A DNA stretch of 64,000 nucleotides, from positions 125,539 through 189,538 of the forward strand of contig NIVC01001230.1 in assembly GCA_002269645.1 (NCBI GenBank). Reading direction: 5' to 3'. The DNA comes from Macrostomum lignano. Its lineage: Eukaryota. Made by a program: the position numbers and the translations under genes. This document shows, piece after piece, positions 1-22,100 of the stretch (position 1 is its first letter; the number at the start of each line of letters is the position of its first letter). A model generated the notes under the pieces. The model did not search any database. It was not told the origin of the DNA and saw only the letters and a program-made list of their open reading frames with translations.

Positions 1-562
1 ATTAACACACACCTGGTAGTGGAACATACAACACTTTCAACTATATCAAGATTATGTTTACTAGTTAAAACTCTATTACACAAATAGAATTTTTTTAAGA
101 AATTTATGCAATATAATTTACTGCCCTTCCCTTAGCCTGATAGCTATAGCTCCTTTTTTTCCTTTTTTCCTATTCCTTTTTTCAAGTCACAAGGCAAAGT
201 TCTAAGGGGATGTTTTAGTTTCGAAAAATAAATCAGTCTAAGAATAGTTTTAATTGTACTGTTATATTTCCACACTTATAGGCCCTGCCATAACTAAAAA
301 GAGTGATACACACACACTAGGCCCTAAGGCCTAATTATTTTTAGTGCAGTTTTGAGGTTAAAATAATTTATGCATAATGCATATATAGAAAGAAGAATTA
401 GAATTAGATAATTTACTAGCAATCTTCGCCCCCCGTTGGGGGACATCTGTATAGAATCTCTGTTCTCTACAAGTAACAAAAAGATAGCGAAATAAAGCCT
501 TCACAAAGAAAAGAGACAAAATACTCAAATGAAGTGCAATGCAAAAAGAAATCATCCCAAAA

Positions 563-815
563 CAGCAAGCATCCCCCAGATAGCAAACATCTCCCAGATT
601 GCAAGCATCCCTTGGATAGCAAGCATCCCCCAGATAGCAAGCATCCCCAAGATAGCAAGCATCCCCCAGATAGCAAGCATCCCCCAGATAGCAAGCATCC
701 CCCAGACGGCCAGATAGCAAGCATCCCCCAGATAGCAAGCATCCCCCAGATAGCAAGCATCCCCCAGATAGCAAGCATCCCCCAGATAGCAAGCATCCCC
801 CAGATAGCAAGCATC
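563..815. repeat. 18-bp tandem minisatellite (CAGATAGCAAGCATCCCC)n
   Basis: About 14 near-perfect units read directly. They explain the repetitive ORFs at 358-818. Confidence 0.95.
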
Positions 816-3490
816 TAAAATTATATATTTTAGAAAACTAAACTTGGTATACTTTTAAAAAAAATCACTTTTTCTCTATACTCTAAATTATATAGTATGC
901 CCAAAAATTAGGGCATGCATTGGCCTTGCACACCAAAAGTAGGCTTATAAAATTGGCATGTATCACTCCTAAGAAAATAGTATGTGTGCATAGTATACCT
1001 GGTATCGGTATGCACTTTATAGAATCATATAGAAGAGTTATTGTGAAATAAAAAAAGATGAAAAAAGTTCCTTTTTAAGCATAAATTGAAAAAAATTAAA
1101 AAATTACAAATGCATGCCAAAAAATTGAATGCATACCCATCCCATTCCTAAAACTATGCCATTATTAGGACAGTAAATGACCTTTTTATGTTATGACAAC
1201 AAAAGACCTTTTTTGAATTGTATAGGCTAGGAAACCTTTTTTGCAAATAATTTGGTTGATTTTTATGCTTTTTCAGCAACACTATTTACAGCAAAAAATC
1301 AATACATGCAAAAGATTTGTTCAAATGCCTTATTACAAGCTTTAAAAACTTAGAAAGCTTGAAATTTATGCTTAAAAATGAACTTATTTATCTTTTTTCT
1401 ATTTAACACAGTGTAACTCTTCTGTGGGATTCTATAAAATACATGCTAGGTATGCACGCACACTATTTTTTAAGAGTGATATGTGTTAACTATGCACGTT
1501 TATTTCTGGCATGCAAGGCCAATGGACACTAGAATTTCTGGGCATATACTACATGATCTGGAGTGTGGTAGTACTATAGCACTGAAGCTAAAACTTGAAT
1601 TTGGGTTGCTTTATAGCAGTCAATGGCCTTTTTATACCTCTGCATATTTGGCTTCTAGAAATTCTATAGTTATCCTCATAAATCCCAAGAACTTTCTATT
1701 TTACCCAATATATAACATTAAAATAAGTTGAATTTTTGGCAATGATTTTTCAAACCAGTTTGTTTGAATTCAGTGTTTATATTATTTTCTAGATATCTGT
1801 ACTATATTTAAAATATGGTTTTTCAACCTAGAGCTCTTTGTTCTTGGCACTTTTTAAAATCAAGATTCAATTGAAAAAAGTCGAAATCTTAAATATCAAT
1901 TGCAATTGCAAAATTGAGATCTTTATCTATAAAATGAATCTATGACTATATAAAAAGCTTTTTTGCTTAAGTTTAGACTATAGGTCTAAGAATAATATTA
2001 GTAATGTAATAGTATTAAGAAATATATATATATTTCTAATATATAATATAGTATGGTATATGTATAATATATGTATAAAATAACAATTTCATTTACTTTT
2101 TAATAATTACAAAAGGATTACAAAAATCTTAAAACAACAAATTTTGGCAAAATTATCCCATAAATAGCAATAAGATGGTTTTGCCCACTCTACTGATTCT
2201 CAAGCAAATGCAAGTGCATAAATATTGCATATATAATTAAATTATATATACTAAGTATATAATGACTTCAACTTTTCAGTCATTTAGGCATATATACTTT
2301 ATGCTTTAGGGTTGGTCTTTATAGTTATGAATTATGTGAAACCCCAGGCTAATTTTTGTATGTAAGCATTGTGAATTGGGGTCAGATAAGATCTTAATTT
2401 CAGTCTCAATCATCAAGATTTTGGCACTTTTCTCAGTCTTAATCTTGGTTTTGAGATCTCAAGAAAAGTCAAGAATTGTGACTATTTTTTACTCTTTGTG
2501 ACTATGATAATATAATATTATACAAATATACTATATTTGATATATCAAGTTATTAACAAGCTAAAAAATTAATATTTTTCCCTTTGTTGTCACCATTGTA
2601 CACATTTAACAAATAATAATATTAGCATTGAATAGATAAAATAATGTAAATAAGACTACTAGATGCTAATTAGGCTTAATCTTGAATCTTTATTGAATCT
2701 CAATTATCTTATAAGTATAGATCTGAAGTCTCAAAAATCTCAAAAATTTGATATTGTTTGACTCCTAATTGTGAATATGGCTATGCATAATAAAACTAGG
2801 CATTGTGGCTTATGGGTTAGACATTTATTGCTAGCTAATCCGGCCTTGTTGGTAGGCCCATATTTAACAGTGTTTCTTATAATGCATATGTTTGCATTTA
2901 AAATCAACAAAGTTGTTATGTAATATGCATGTTTTTTATTTAATCAATAATAGCATAGTTTTAATTACCATTCATTTAGGTTAGCTTCCAAGGTAAATAA
3001 AAATTTTTTTTTAGGATACATATGTTATATATTGACATGTCAAGGGAACTTAAAATATACAACATTGAAATAGAATGAGCACAAAGTTTACCATATATAA
3101 TCCAATTATATTAAGCACTGCTAATTGTCTTTTAGTTAAAAGAGTAAATAAAGTCAATCATACAGTCTATAATTAGGAACTCTTGCAAATGAGTTTTCAG
3201 AGTTGCTTGCATTCTATTGCAAGGCAATGAAAGTTATCAAAATAGATTATATAATTTTTATAATTATACATAATCAGCATATTAATTGTGTTTGTATACA
3301 ATATTTATTGCAATTTGATTCCAGATGACTCAACTCAGCGGCTGAAAACATTGTTGCCAATTGAATTCAGCCAGTTAGCCCAGCCTGTCCCAGGATTCCA
3401 GCCATCTGGAGCTGACCAATATTGGCTCTTTATTAAGGCATGTCCTCCGGCACTAAGATGCTCAGCACTGTTAAAGAGGGCTTCGTACAG

Positions 3491-11610
<8,120 letters not shown>

Positions 11611-11619
11611 TTATCGTGA

Positions 11620-13352
11620 GTACACTGACTACAGACCATCAACACACTGACAACAGACCAACAACACACTGACTACAGACCAACAACACACTGACAACAG
11701 ACCGAAAACACACTGACTACAGACCAACAACACACTGATTACAGACTGCCAACACACTGACTACAGACCAACAACACACTGATTACAGACTGCCAACACA
11801 CTGACTACAGACCAACAACACACTGACTACAGATCAACAACACACTGATTACAGACTGCCAACACACTGACTACAGACCAACAACACACTGACTACAGAT
11901 CAACAACACACTGACTACAGATCAACAACACACTGACTACAGATCAACAACACACTGACTATAGATCAACAACACACTGACTACAGACCGAAAACACACT
12001 GACTACAGATCAACAACACACTGACTACAGATCAACAACACACTGACTACAGATCAACAACACACTGACTACAGATCAACAACACACTGACTACAGATCA
12101 ACAACACACTGACTACAGACCGAAAACACACTGATTACAGACCAACAACACACTGATTACAGACTGCCAACACACTGACTACAGACCAACAACACACTGA
12201 CTACAGATCAACAACACACTGATTACAGACTGCCAACACACTGACTACAGACCAACAACACACTGACTACAGATCAACAACACACTGACTACAGATCAAC
12301 AACACACTGACTACAGATCAACAACACACTGACTATAGATCAACAACACACTGACTACAGACCGAAAACACACTGACTACAGATCAACAACACACTGACT
12401 ACAGATCAACAACACACTGACTACAGATCAACAACACACTGACTACAGATCAACAACACACTGACTACAGATCAACAACACACTGACTACAGACCGAAAA
12501 CACACTGATTACAGACCAACAACACACTGACTACAGACCAACAACACACTGATTACAGACTGCCAACACACTGACTACAGATCAACAACACACTGACTAC
12601 AGATAAACAACACACTGACTACAGATCAACAACACACTGACTATAGATCAACAACACACTGACTACAGACCGAAAACACACTGACTACAGATCAACAACA
12701 CACTGACTACAGATCAACAACACACTGACTACAGATCAACAACACACTGACTACAGATCAACAACACACTGACTACAGATCAACAACACACTGACTACAG
12801 ATCAACAACACACTGACTACAGACCGAAAACACACTGATTACAGACCAACAACACACTGACTACAGACCAACAACACACTGATTACAGACCAACAACACA
12901 CTGACTACAGACCAACAACACACTGATTACAGACCAACAACACACTGATTACAGACCAACAACACACTGACTACAGACCAACAACACACTGATTACAGAC
13001 CAACAACACACTGACTACAGATCAACAACACACTGACTACAGATCAACAACACACTGACTACAGACCGAAAACACACTGATTACAGACCAACAACACACT
13101 GACTACAGACCAACAACACACTGATTACAGACCAACAACACACTGACTACAGACCAACAACACACTGATTACAGACCAACAACACACTGACTACAGACCA
13201 ACAACACACTGATTACAGACCAACAACACACTGACTACAGACCAACAACACACTGACTACAGATCAACAACACACTGACTACAGATCAACAACACACTGA
13301 CTACAGACCAACAACACACTGATTACAGACCAACAACACACTGATTACAGAC
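11620..13352. repeat. 22-bp minisatellite (ACACACTGACTACAGATCAACA)n starting just after the MARK stop codon
   Basis: About 78 units, with a 374-bp higher-order repeat. Confidence 0.95.
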
Positions 13353-15044
13353 AGCAGTTATTTGCCTCAGCTTCCCCACGCCATTCGCAGATCCACCTTC
13401 CTGGCCTCCCGAGCCGAGCCGAGGTCAGCTGTCCCTGCCCTGATCAAACCGTTTCCCCTCCAATTGGCAATCTTCTGACTGCTTCAAATTTCCCCGTTTT
13501 CAATAATTTTCTAGTTTTTTTCCTTCTCTGTTAAATCTGCTTCAATATAGGATAACGCGTGCGCACTAACGCGTCCTTATCAACTACTACTAGTAGCTAA
13601 CCTGCCCTTGGATTTTTGCAAATCATTTTTAAAAATATAATTGCGCACCCGTTCTATAGGCTGTTATAGAGAATTTATGCGGGACTGCCGCTTGAGGATT
13701 TCTGATGCGTCCTGCCAGCTAACTGTATTGAATATTTTATTTTCTAGAGGACCAGCTCGTTTTAGATATCTGTCTGCCGGTACATGTGCACTTTTTCATC
13801 CGGCAGTCTGTGCGGCCCCTGGCTTCCAGTCTATGGGAAACCAGGATTCAGGATTAGCCGGGTGAAGCCAGTGCACGCCCGGCTGTCGCAAAGTCTGTTT
13901 TTATGAGCAACAAAATTCGGCAATCTGTTGACCATGCAGCCCAAGTTGCAATCAGCCAGTGTGCCCAGATCCCAGACTGCACTTCCCCTCCGCCTGTGTG
14001 TAAATGCAATTAATTATGCTTCTTACTCACTATCCCATGCTAATTATACTACTGTTCAGTAGGCGCTCTCGTCTGTCTCTGTTGCACTTCTATTGTTAAT
14101 TAGCGGTACCTGTTGAACAAAGCTGACGGCAAGCCCCCCCCCTCAGCCTGGCCAATCATAGCGGGCCGGTACATCGGCAGTATTAAAAAGTACTTTTTGG
14201 CTGGCTGCCCCGAACTGTAAATTGGAACCGCTCTGTCAGCGTGTTGTTTCTTCGCTCATTTCCCTCTCCTCACTGCGAGAACTAAATTAAAATTTGTTTT
14301 AATATGTATCCTACTACTCATCGATTTTGTTAGTAGTATAGTAAATTTAATAAATAATATTTTGGCTATACTACTGACCTTTATAGCTCTATAGTAGTGT
14401 CCTCGTCAAAATGCTAGCAAAGTTTTGTGTTCAAGTTTATTCTTTTTTATAGGCTCGCCCAGCGGCGCTTGTTGACGCTATAAATTACCGTTGCTAAGGC
14501 ACCGGTTGAGCTTTTGTTTTAATCGAAATTATGCCGGATCTCTTGCACCGATAGATGCGCGTTCACTGCTTTGCAGCTCTTGTTTTACACCTCCTGTGTA
14601 CACCAAATCTAATTTAATTATAGTTAGCACACGTGCCCTTCTCCGTTAGCTGTTGTACACACAGAACCAGCTGTCAGTGAGCGAGCTCTGCCCTCCCCAT
14701 CTTTCTACATGTACTTGAGTTCGCCTCCGGCCAATGCGAGATCGGAACTGCGATGCCGCACAGACCATCGCAGTTCTCCACCTGTAATCCTGTTGCTTGC
14801 CTGTGCTTTGCAAAGATTCTATATCAGCACTGATTCTATCAATTATTATAGCAAACTTCTTGATGCCTCACCCGTGCTGTTTTTAATAATTTAACTGAAA
14901 AATAAATCAATCCATATTTCTGATGCGAGCGTCTCTGCCGCCACCCTTCGTTGTCTCGATGCGTGTGAAATTCAACTGAATGCAATTTCCTGACTGGCGG
15001 CTTTGTTGCCTTCTGCTTTTTTCAAGAGTTTCAGTTGCGTTTGG

Positions 15045-15615
15045 GTGTTGCTTGGGTGTCAGATCGGAGATGCTTGGGTGTCAGATGCGAGATGCTTGGG
15101 TGTCAGATGCGAGATGCTTGGGTGTCAGATGCGAGATGCCTGGGTGTCAGATGCGAGATGCTTGGGTGTCAGATGCGAGATGCTTGGGTGTCAGATGCGA
15201 GATGCTTGGGTGTCAGATGCGAGATGCTTGGGTGTCAGATGCGAGATGCTTGGGTGTCAGATGCGAGATGCTTGGGTGTCAGATGCGAGATATTTGGGTG
15301 TCAGATGCGAGATGCTTGGGTGTCAGATCGGAGATGCTTGGGTGTCAGATGCGAGATGCTTGGGTGTCAGATCGGAGATGCATGGGTGTCAGATCGGAGA
15401 TGCTTGGGTGTCAGATGCGAGATGCTTGGGGTGTCAGATCGGAGATGCTTGGGTGTCAGATGCGAGATGCTTGGGTGTCAGATGCGAGATATTTGGGTGT
15501 CAGCTCGGAGATGCATGGGTGTCAGATCGGAGATGCTTGGGTGTCAGATGCGAGATATTTGGGTGTCAGATGCGAGATGCTTGGGTGTCAGACGCGAGAT
15601 GCTTGGGTGTCAGCT
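15045..15615. repeat. 22-bp minisatellite (GATGCTTGGGTGTCAGATGCGA)n
   Basis: About 26 units read directly. Confidence 0.95.
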
Positions 15616-16135
15616 AGAAGGTAGAAAGTGAGTCATAGCATTTGTACTACAACACAGTATTTACTGCATGCAGTCTAGAAGCGAACTCGCCCGTATGCAA
15701 CTCTGCTGCCCAGCAGTCTTTGGATTCCAGCAACAAGTCCACCTGCCAATCATTGCTGGTGCTTTTTCAGTTTTCCTAAGTTTTTAAAAGTTTTATCGTT
15801 GCTGATAATGTATTTATAATTCTGCTGGAAAGCCTGATAGTGCAGCTTTAAGAGACCGACAGTCAGGCTGTCGGGTGCATAATCTTTAGTTGCGATCTTT
15901 CGGGTGCGGTCTAGGTTCGGACTGAGGGTGGAGAGAGAGCGCTATTAGTGTATCAGACCCAGCATTGTTTGCGTGAATTGTGCTACAGAAATATCTCTGT
16001 TTTTTTATCTGCGGTCTGAGGTGAGCAGGCAGAGAGAGAGTCTGTTATGGGGTGACCAGGGCTGGCCTGCTCTATTAAAACGGCGATGAGTTTTGAGCTC
16101 AGTTTGATGAGGCAAAAACAACCGGCGAAGAAGAT

Positions 16136-19100
16136 ATGCAGGCGGAGGCTGAGCTGCTGCCAAATCAGCCGGCTCAGTCTAGTCGGCAGGAGCTACTGCT
16201 GCTGGCTGACGATGAGGCGCAGAGGCTGGATCGAGGAGAGGACGAAGAGCTCGACAGCGGCGACGACGATGGCGAGGAAGCTGGGAAAGCTGCCGATGAA
16301 GAATCGGACGAGGAGTCTGAACAGGAAGAAGAGGATGAGAAGTGCTTCACCCTGCTGCTGCCGCACAAGATGCAGATTGGAAAGCAGCAGCAGAAGGGCA
16401 GCAAGGGCGGCCCGTCTGCAGCTGCGGCGGTGAGCCTGACCGGCATGGCGTTCAGCTCCACGGTCGAGGCGCTGCTGGTCACCACTAAACTGTCTGGCAC
16501 TGGTGAGCTGCGGTCTGGGGGGACTGGGACTGGAGCTGCGCATCTGAGCACAGTTTATGCAGTCTTGAGAAGGGTGTCAGTTTCCCCAGAATGATGTCAG
16601 TTTCCTCAGAATGATGTCAGTTTCCTCAGAATGACGTCAGTCTCATCAGAATGATGTCAGTTTCTTCAGAATGGTGTCAGTTTCCTCAGAATAATGTCAG
16701 TCTCATCAGAATGATGTCAGTTTCCTCAGAATGGTGTCAGTTTCCTCAGAATAATGTCAGTTTCCTCAGAATGATGTCAGTCTCATCAGAATGATGTCAG
16801 TCTCATCAGAATGATGTCAGTTTCCTCAGAATGATGTCAGTTTCCTCAGAATGATGTCAGTTTCCTCAGAATGGTGTCAGTTTCCCCAGAATGATGTCAG
16901 TCTCATCAGAATGATGTCAGTTTCCTCAGAATGATGTCAGTTTCCTCAGAATGGTGTCAGTTACCTCAGAATGATGTCAGTTTCCTCAGAATGATGTCAG
17001 TTTCCTCAGAATGATGTCAGTCTCATCAGAATGATGTCAGTTTCCTCAGAATGATGTCAGTTTCCTCAGAATGATGTCAGTTTCCTCAGAATGATGTCAG
17101 TTTCCTCAGAATGATGTCAGTCTCATCAGAATGATGTCAGTTTCCTCAGAATGATGTCAGTCTCATCAGAATGATGTCAGTTTCCTCAGAATAATGTCAG
17201 TTTCCTCAGAATGATGTCAGTCTCATCAGAATGATGTCAGTCTCATCAGAATGATGTCAGTTTCCTCAGAATGGTGTCAGTTTCCTCAGAATGATGTCAG
17301 TTTCCTCAGAATGATGTCAGTTTCCTCAGAATGATGTCAGTTTCCTCAGAATGATGTCAGTCTCATCAGAATGATGTCAGTCATCAGAATGATGTCAGTT
17401 TCCTCAGAATGATGTCAGTTTCCTCAGAATGATGTCAGTTTCCTCAGAATGATGTCAGTTTCCTCAGAATGATGTCAGTTTCCTCAGAATGATGTCAGTT
17501 TCCTCAGAATGATGTCAGTTTCCTCAGAATGATGTCAGTTTCCTCAGAATGATGTCAGTTTCCTCAGAATGATGTCAGTCTCATCAGAATGATGTCAGTT
17601 TCCTCAGAATGGTGTCAGTTTCCTCAGAATGATGTCAGTTTCCTCAGAATGATGTCAGTCTCATCAGAATGATGTCAGTTTCCTCAGAATGATGTCAGTT
17701 TCCTCAGAATGATGTCAGTTTCCTCAGAATGATGTCAGTTTCCTCAGAATGATGTCAGTTTCCTCAGAATGATGTCAGTTTCCTCAGAATGATGTCAGTT
17801 TCCTCAGAATGATGTCAGTTTCCTCAGAATGATGTCAGTTTCCTCAGAATGATGTCAGTTTCCTCAGAATGATGTCAGTTTCTCAGAATGATGTCAGTTT
17901 CCTCAGAATGATGTCAGTTTCCTCAGAATGATGTCAGTTTCCTCAGAATGATGTCAGTTTCCTCAGAATGATGTCAGTTTCCTCAGAATGATGTCAGTTT
18001 CCTCAGAATGATGTCAGTTTCCTCAGAATGATGTCAGTTTCCTCAGAATGATGTCAGTCTCATCAGAATGATGTCAGTTTCCTCAGAATGATGTCAGTTT
18101 CCTCAGAATGATGTCAGTTTCCTCAGAATGATGTCAGTTTCCTCAGAATGATGTCAGTCTCATCAGAATGATGTCAGTTTCCTCAGAATGATGTCAGTTT
18201 CCTCAGAATGGTGTCAGTTTCCTCAGAATGATGTCAGTTTCCTCAGAATGATGTCAGTTTCCTCAGAATGATGTCAGTTTCCTCAGAATGATGTCAGTCT
18301 CATCAGAATGATGTCAGTTTCCTCAGAATGATGTCAGTTTCCTCAGAATGATGTCAGTTTCCTCAGAATGATGTCAGTTTCTCAGAATGATGTCAGTTTC
18401 CTCAGAATGATGTCAGTTTCCTCAGAATGATGTCAGTCTCATCAGAATGATGTCAGTTTCCTCAGAATGATGTCAGTTTCCTCAGAATGATGTCAGTTTC
18501 CTCAGAATGATGTCAGTTTCCTCAGAATGATGTCAGTTTCCTCAGAATGATGTCAGTTTCCTCAGAATGATGTCAGTTTCCTCAGAATGATGTCAGTTCC
18601 TCAGAATGATGTCAGTTTCCTCAGAATGATGTCAGTTTCCTCAGAATGATGTCAGTTTCCTCAGAATGATGTCAGTCTCATCAGAATGATGTCAGTTTCC
18701 TCAGAATGATGTCAGTTTCCTCAGAATGATGTCAGTCTCATCAGAATGATGTCAGTTTCCTCAGAATGATGTCAGTTTCCTCAGAATGATGTCAGTTTCC
18801 TCAGAATGATGTCAGTCTCATCAGAATGATGTCAGTTTCCTCAGAATGATGTCAGTCTCATCAGAATGATGTCAGTTTCCTCAGAATGATGTCAGTTTCC
18901 TCAGAATGATGTCAGTTTCCTCAGAATGATGTCAGTTTCCTCAGAATGATGTCAGTTTCCTCAGAATGATGTCAGTTTCCTCAGAATGATGTCAGTTTCC
19001 TCAGAATGATGTCAGTTTCCTCAGAATGATGTCAGTTTCCTCAGAATGATGTCAGTTTCCTCAGAATGGTGTCAGTTTCCTCAGAATAATGTCAGTTTCC

Positions 19101-22100
19101 TCAGAATAATGTCAGTTTCCTCAGAATGATGTCAGTCTCATCAGAATGATGTCAGTTTCCTCAGAATGATGTCAGTTTCCTCAGAATGATGTCAGTCTCA
19201 TATGAATGTTGTCAGTTTCCTCAGAATGGTGTCAGTTTCCTCAGAATGGTGTCAGTTTCCTCAGAATGATGTCAGTTTCCTCAGAATGGTGTCAGTTTCT
19301 CCAGAATAATGTCAGTTTCCTCAGAATGGTGTCAGTTTCCTCAGAATGATGTCAGTTTCCTCAGAATGATGTCAGTTTCCTCAGAATGACGTCAGTCTCA
19401 TCAGAATGATGTCAGTTTCTTCAGAATGGTGTCAGTTTCCTCAGAATAATGTCAGTCTCATCAGAATGATGTCAGTTTCCTTAGAATGGTGTCAGTTTCC
19501 TCAGAATGATGTCAGTTTCCTCAGAATGATGTCAGTCTTATCAGAATGATGTCAGTCTCATCAGAATGATGTCAGTTTCCTCAGAATGATGTCAGTTTCC
19601 TCAGAATGATGTCAGTTTCCTCAGAATGATGTCAGTCTCATCAGAATGATGTCAGTTTCCTCAGAATGGTGTCAGTTTCCTCAGAATAATGTCAGTTTCC
19701 TCAGAATGATGTCAGTTTCCTCAGAATGATGTCAGTCTCATCAGAATGATGTCAGTTTCCTCAGAATGATGTCAGTTTCCTCAGAATGGTGTCAGTTTCC
19801 TCAGAATGATGTCAGTTTCCTCAGAATGGTGTCAGTTTCTCCAGAATAATGTCAGTTTCCTCAGAATGATGTCAGTTTCCTCAGAATGATGTCAGTTTCC
19901 TCAGAATGATGTCAGTTTCCTCAGAATGATGTCAGTTTCCTCAGAATGATGTCAGTTTCCTCAGAATGGTGTCAGTTTCCTCAGAATGATGTCAGTTTCC
20001 TCAGAATGAAGAATCAGTTTCCTCAGAATGATGTCAGTCTCATCAGAATGATGTCAGTTTCCTCAGAATGGTGTCAGTTTCCTCAGAATAATGTCAGTTT
20101 CCTCAGAATGATGTCAGTTTCCTCAGAATGATGTCAGTTTCCTCAGAATGATGTCAGTTTCCTCAGAATGATGTCAGTTTCATCAGAATGATGTCAGTTT
20201 CCTCAGAATGATGTCAGTTTCCTCAGAATGATGTCAGTTTCCTCAGAATGATGTCAGTTTCCTCAGAATGATGTCAGTTTCCTCAGAATGATGTCAGTTT
20301 CCTCAGAATGGTGTCAGTTTCCTCAGAATGGTGTCAGTTTCCTCAGAATGATGTCAGTTTCCTCAGAATGGTGTCAGTTTCTCCAGAATAATGTCAGTTT
20401 CCTCAGAATGGTGTCAGTTTCCTCAGAATGATGTCAGTTTCCTCAGAATGATGTCAGTTTCCTCAGAATGACGTCAGTCTCATCAGAATGATGTCAGTTT
20501 CTTCAGAATGGTGTCAGTTTCCTCAGAATAATGTCAGTCTCATCAGAATGATGTCAGTTTCCTTAGAATGGTGTCAGTTTCCTCAGAATGATGTCAGTTT
20601 CCTCAGAATGATGTCAGTTTCCTCAGAATGACGTTAGTCTCATCAGAATGATGTCAGTTTCTTCAGAATGGTGTCAGTTTCCTCAGAATAATGTCAGTCT
20701 CATCAGAATGATGTCAGTTTCCTCAGAATGGTGTCAGTTTCCTCATCAGAATAATGTCAGTTTCCTCAGAATGATGTCAGTTTCATCAGAATGATGTCAG
20801 TCTCATCAGAATGATGTCAGTTTCCTCAGAATGATGTCAGTTTCCTCAGAATGATGTCAGTTTCCTCAGAATGGTGTCAGTTTCCTCAGAATGATGTCAG
20901 TTTCCTCAGAATGGTGTCAGTTTCTCCAGAATAATGTCAGTTTCCTCAGAATGATGTCAGTTTCCTCAGAATGATGTCAGTTTCCTCAGAATGATGTCAG
21001 TTTCCTCAGAATGATGTCAGTTTCCTCAGAATGATGTCAGTTTCCTCAGAATGGTGTCAGTTTCCTCAGAATGATGTCAGTTTCCTCAGAATGATGTCAG
21101 TTTCCTCAGAATGACGTCAGTCTCATCAGAATGATGTCAGTTTCTTCAGAATGGTGTCAGTTTCCTCAGAATAATGTCAGTCTCATCAGAATGATGTCAG
21201 TTTCCTCAGAATGGTGTCAGTTTCCTCAGAATAATGTCAGTTTCCTCAGAATGATGTCAGTCTCCTCAGAATGATGTCAGTCTCATCAGAATGATGTCAG
21301 TTTCCTCAGAATGATGTCAGTTTCCTCAGAATGATGTCAGTTTCCTCAGAATGATGTCAGTCTCATCAGAATGATGTCAGTTTCCTCAGAATGGTGTCAG
21401 TTTCCTCAGAATGGTGTCAGTTTCCTCAGAATGATGTCAGTTTCCTCAGAATGGTGTCAGTTTCTCCAGAATAATGTCAGTTTCCTCAGAATGGTGTCAG
21501 TTTCCTCAGAATGATGTCAGTTTCCTCAGAATGATGTCAGTTTCCTCAGAATGACGTCAGTCTCATCAGAATGATGTCAGTTTCTTCAGAATGGTGTCAG
21601 TTTCAGAATTGTCAGTCTCAGAATGATGTCAGTCTCATCAGAATGATGTCAGTTTCCTCAGAATGGTGTCAGTTTCCTCAGAATAATGTCAGTTTCCTCA
21701 GAATGATGTCAGTCTCATCAGAATGATGTCAGTCTCATCAGAATGATGTCAGTTTCCTCAGAATGATGTCAGTTTCCTCAGAATGATGTCAGTTTCCTCA
21801 GAATGATGTCAGTCTCATCAGAATGATGTCAGTTTCCTCAGAATGGTGTCAGTTTCCTCAGAATAATGTCAGTCTCATCAGAATGATGTCAGTCTCATCA
21901 GAATGATGTCAGTCTCATCAGAATGATGTCAGTCTCATCAGAATGATGTCAGTTTCCTCAGAATGATGTCAGTTTCCTCAGAATGATGTCAGTTTCCTCA
22001 GAATGATGTCAGTCTCATCAGAATGATGTCAGTTTCCTCAGAATGGTGTCAGTTTCCTCAGAATAATGTCAGTTTCCTCAGAATGATGTCAGTTTCCTCA

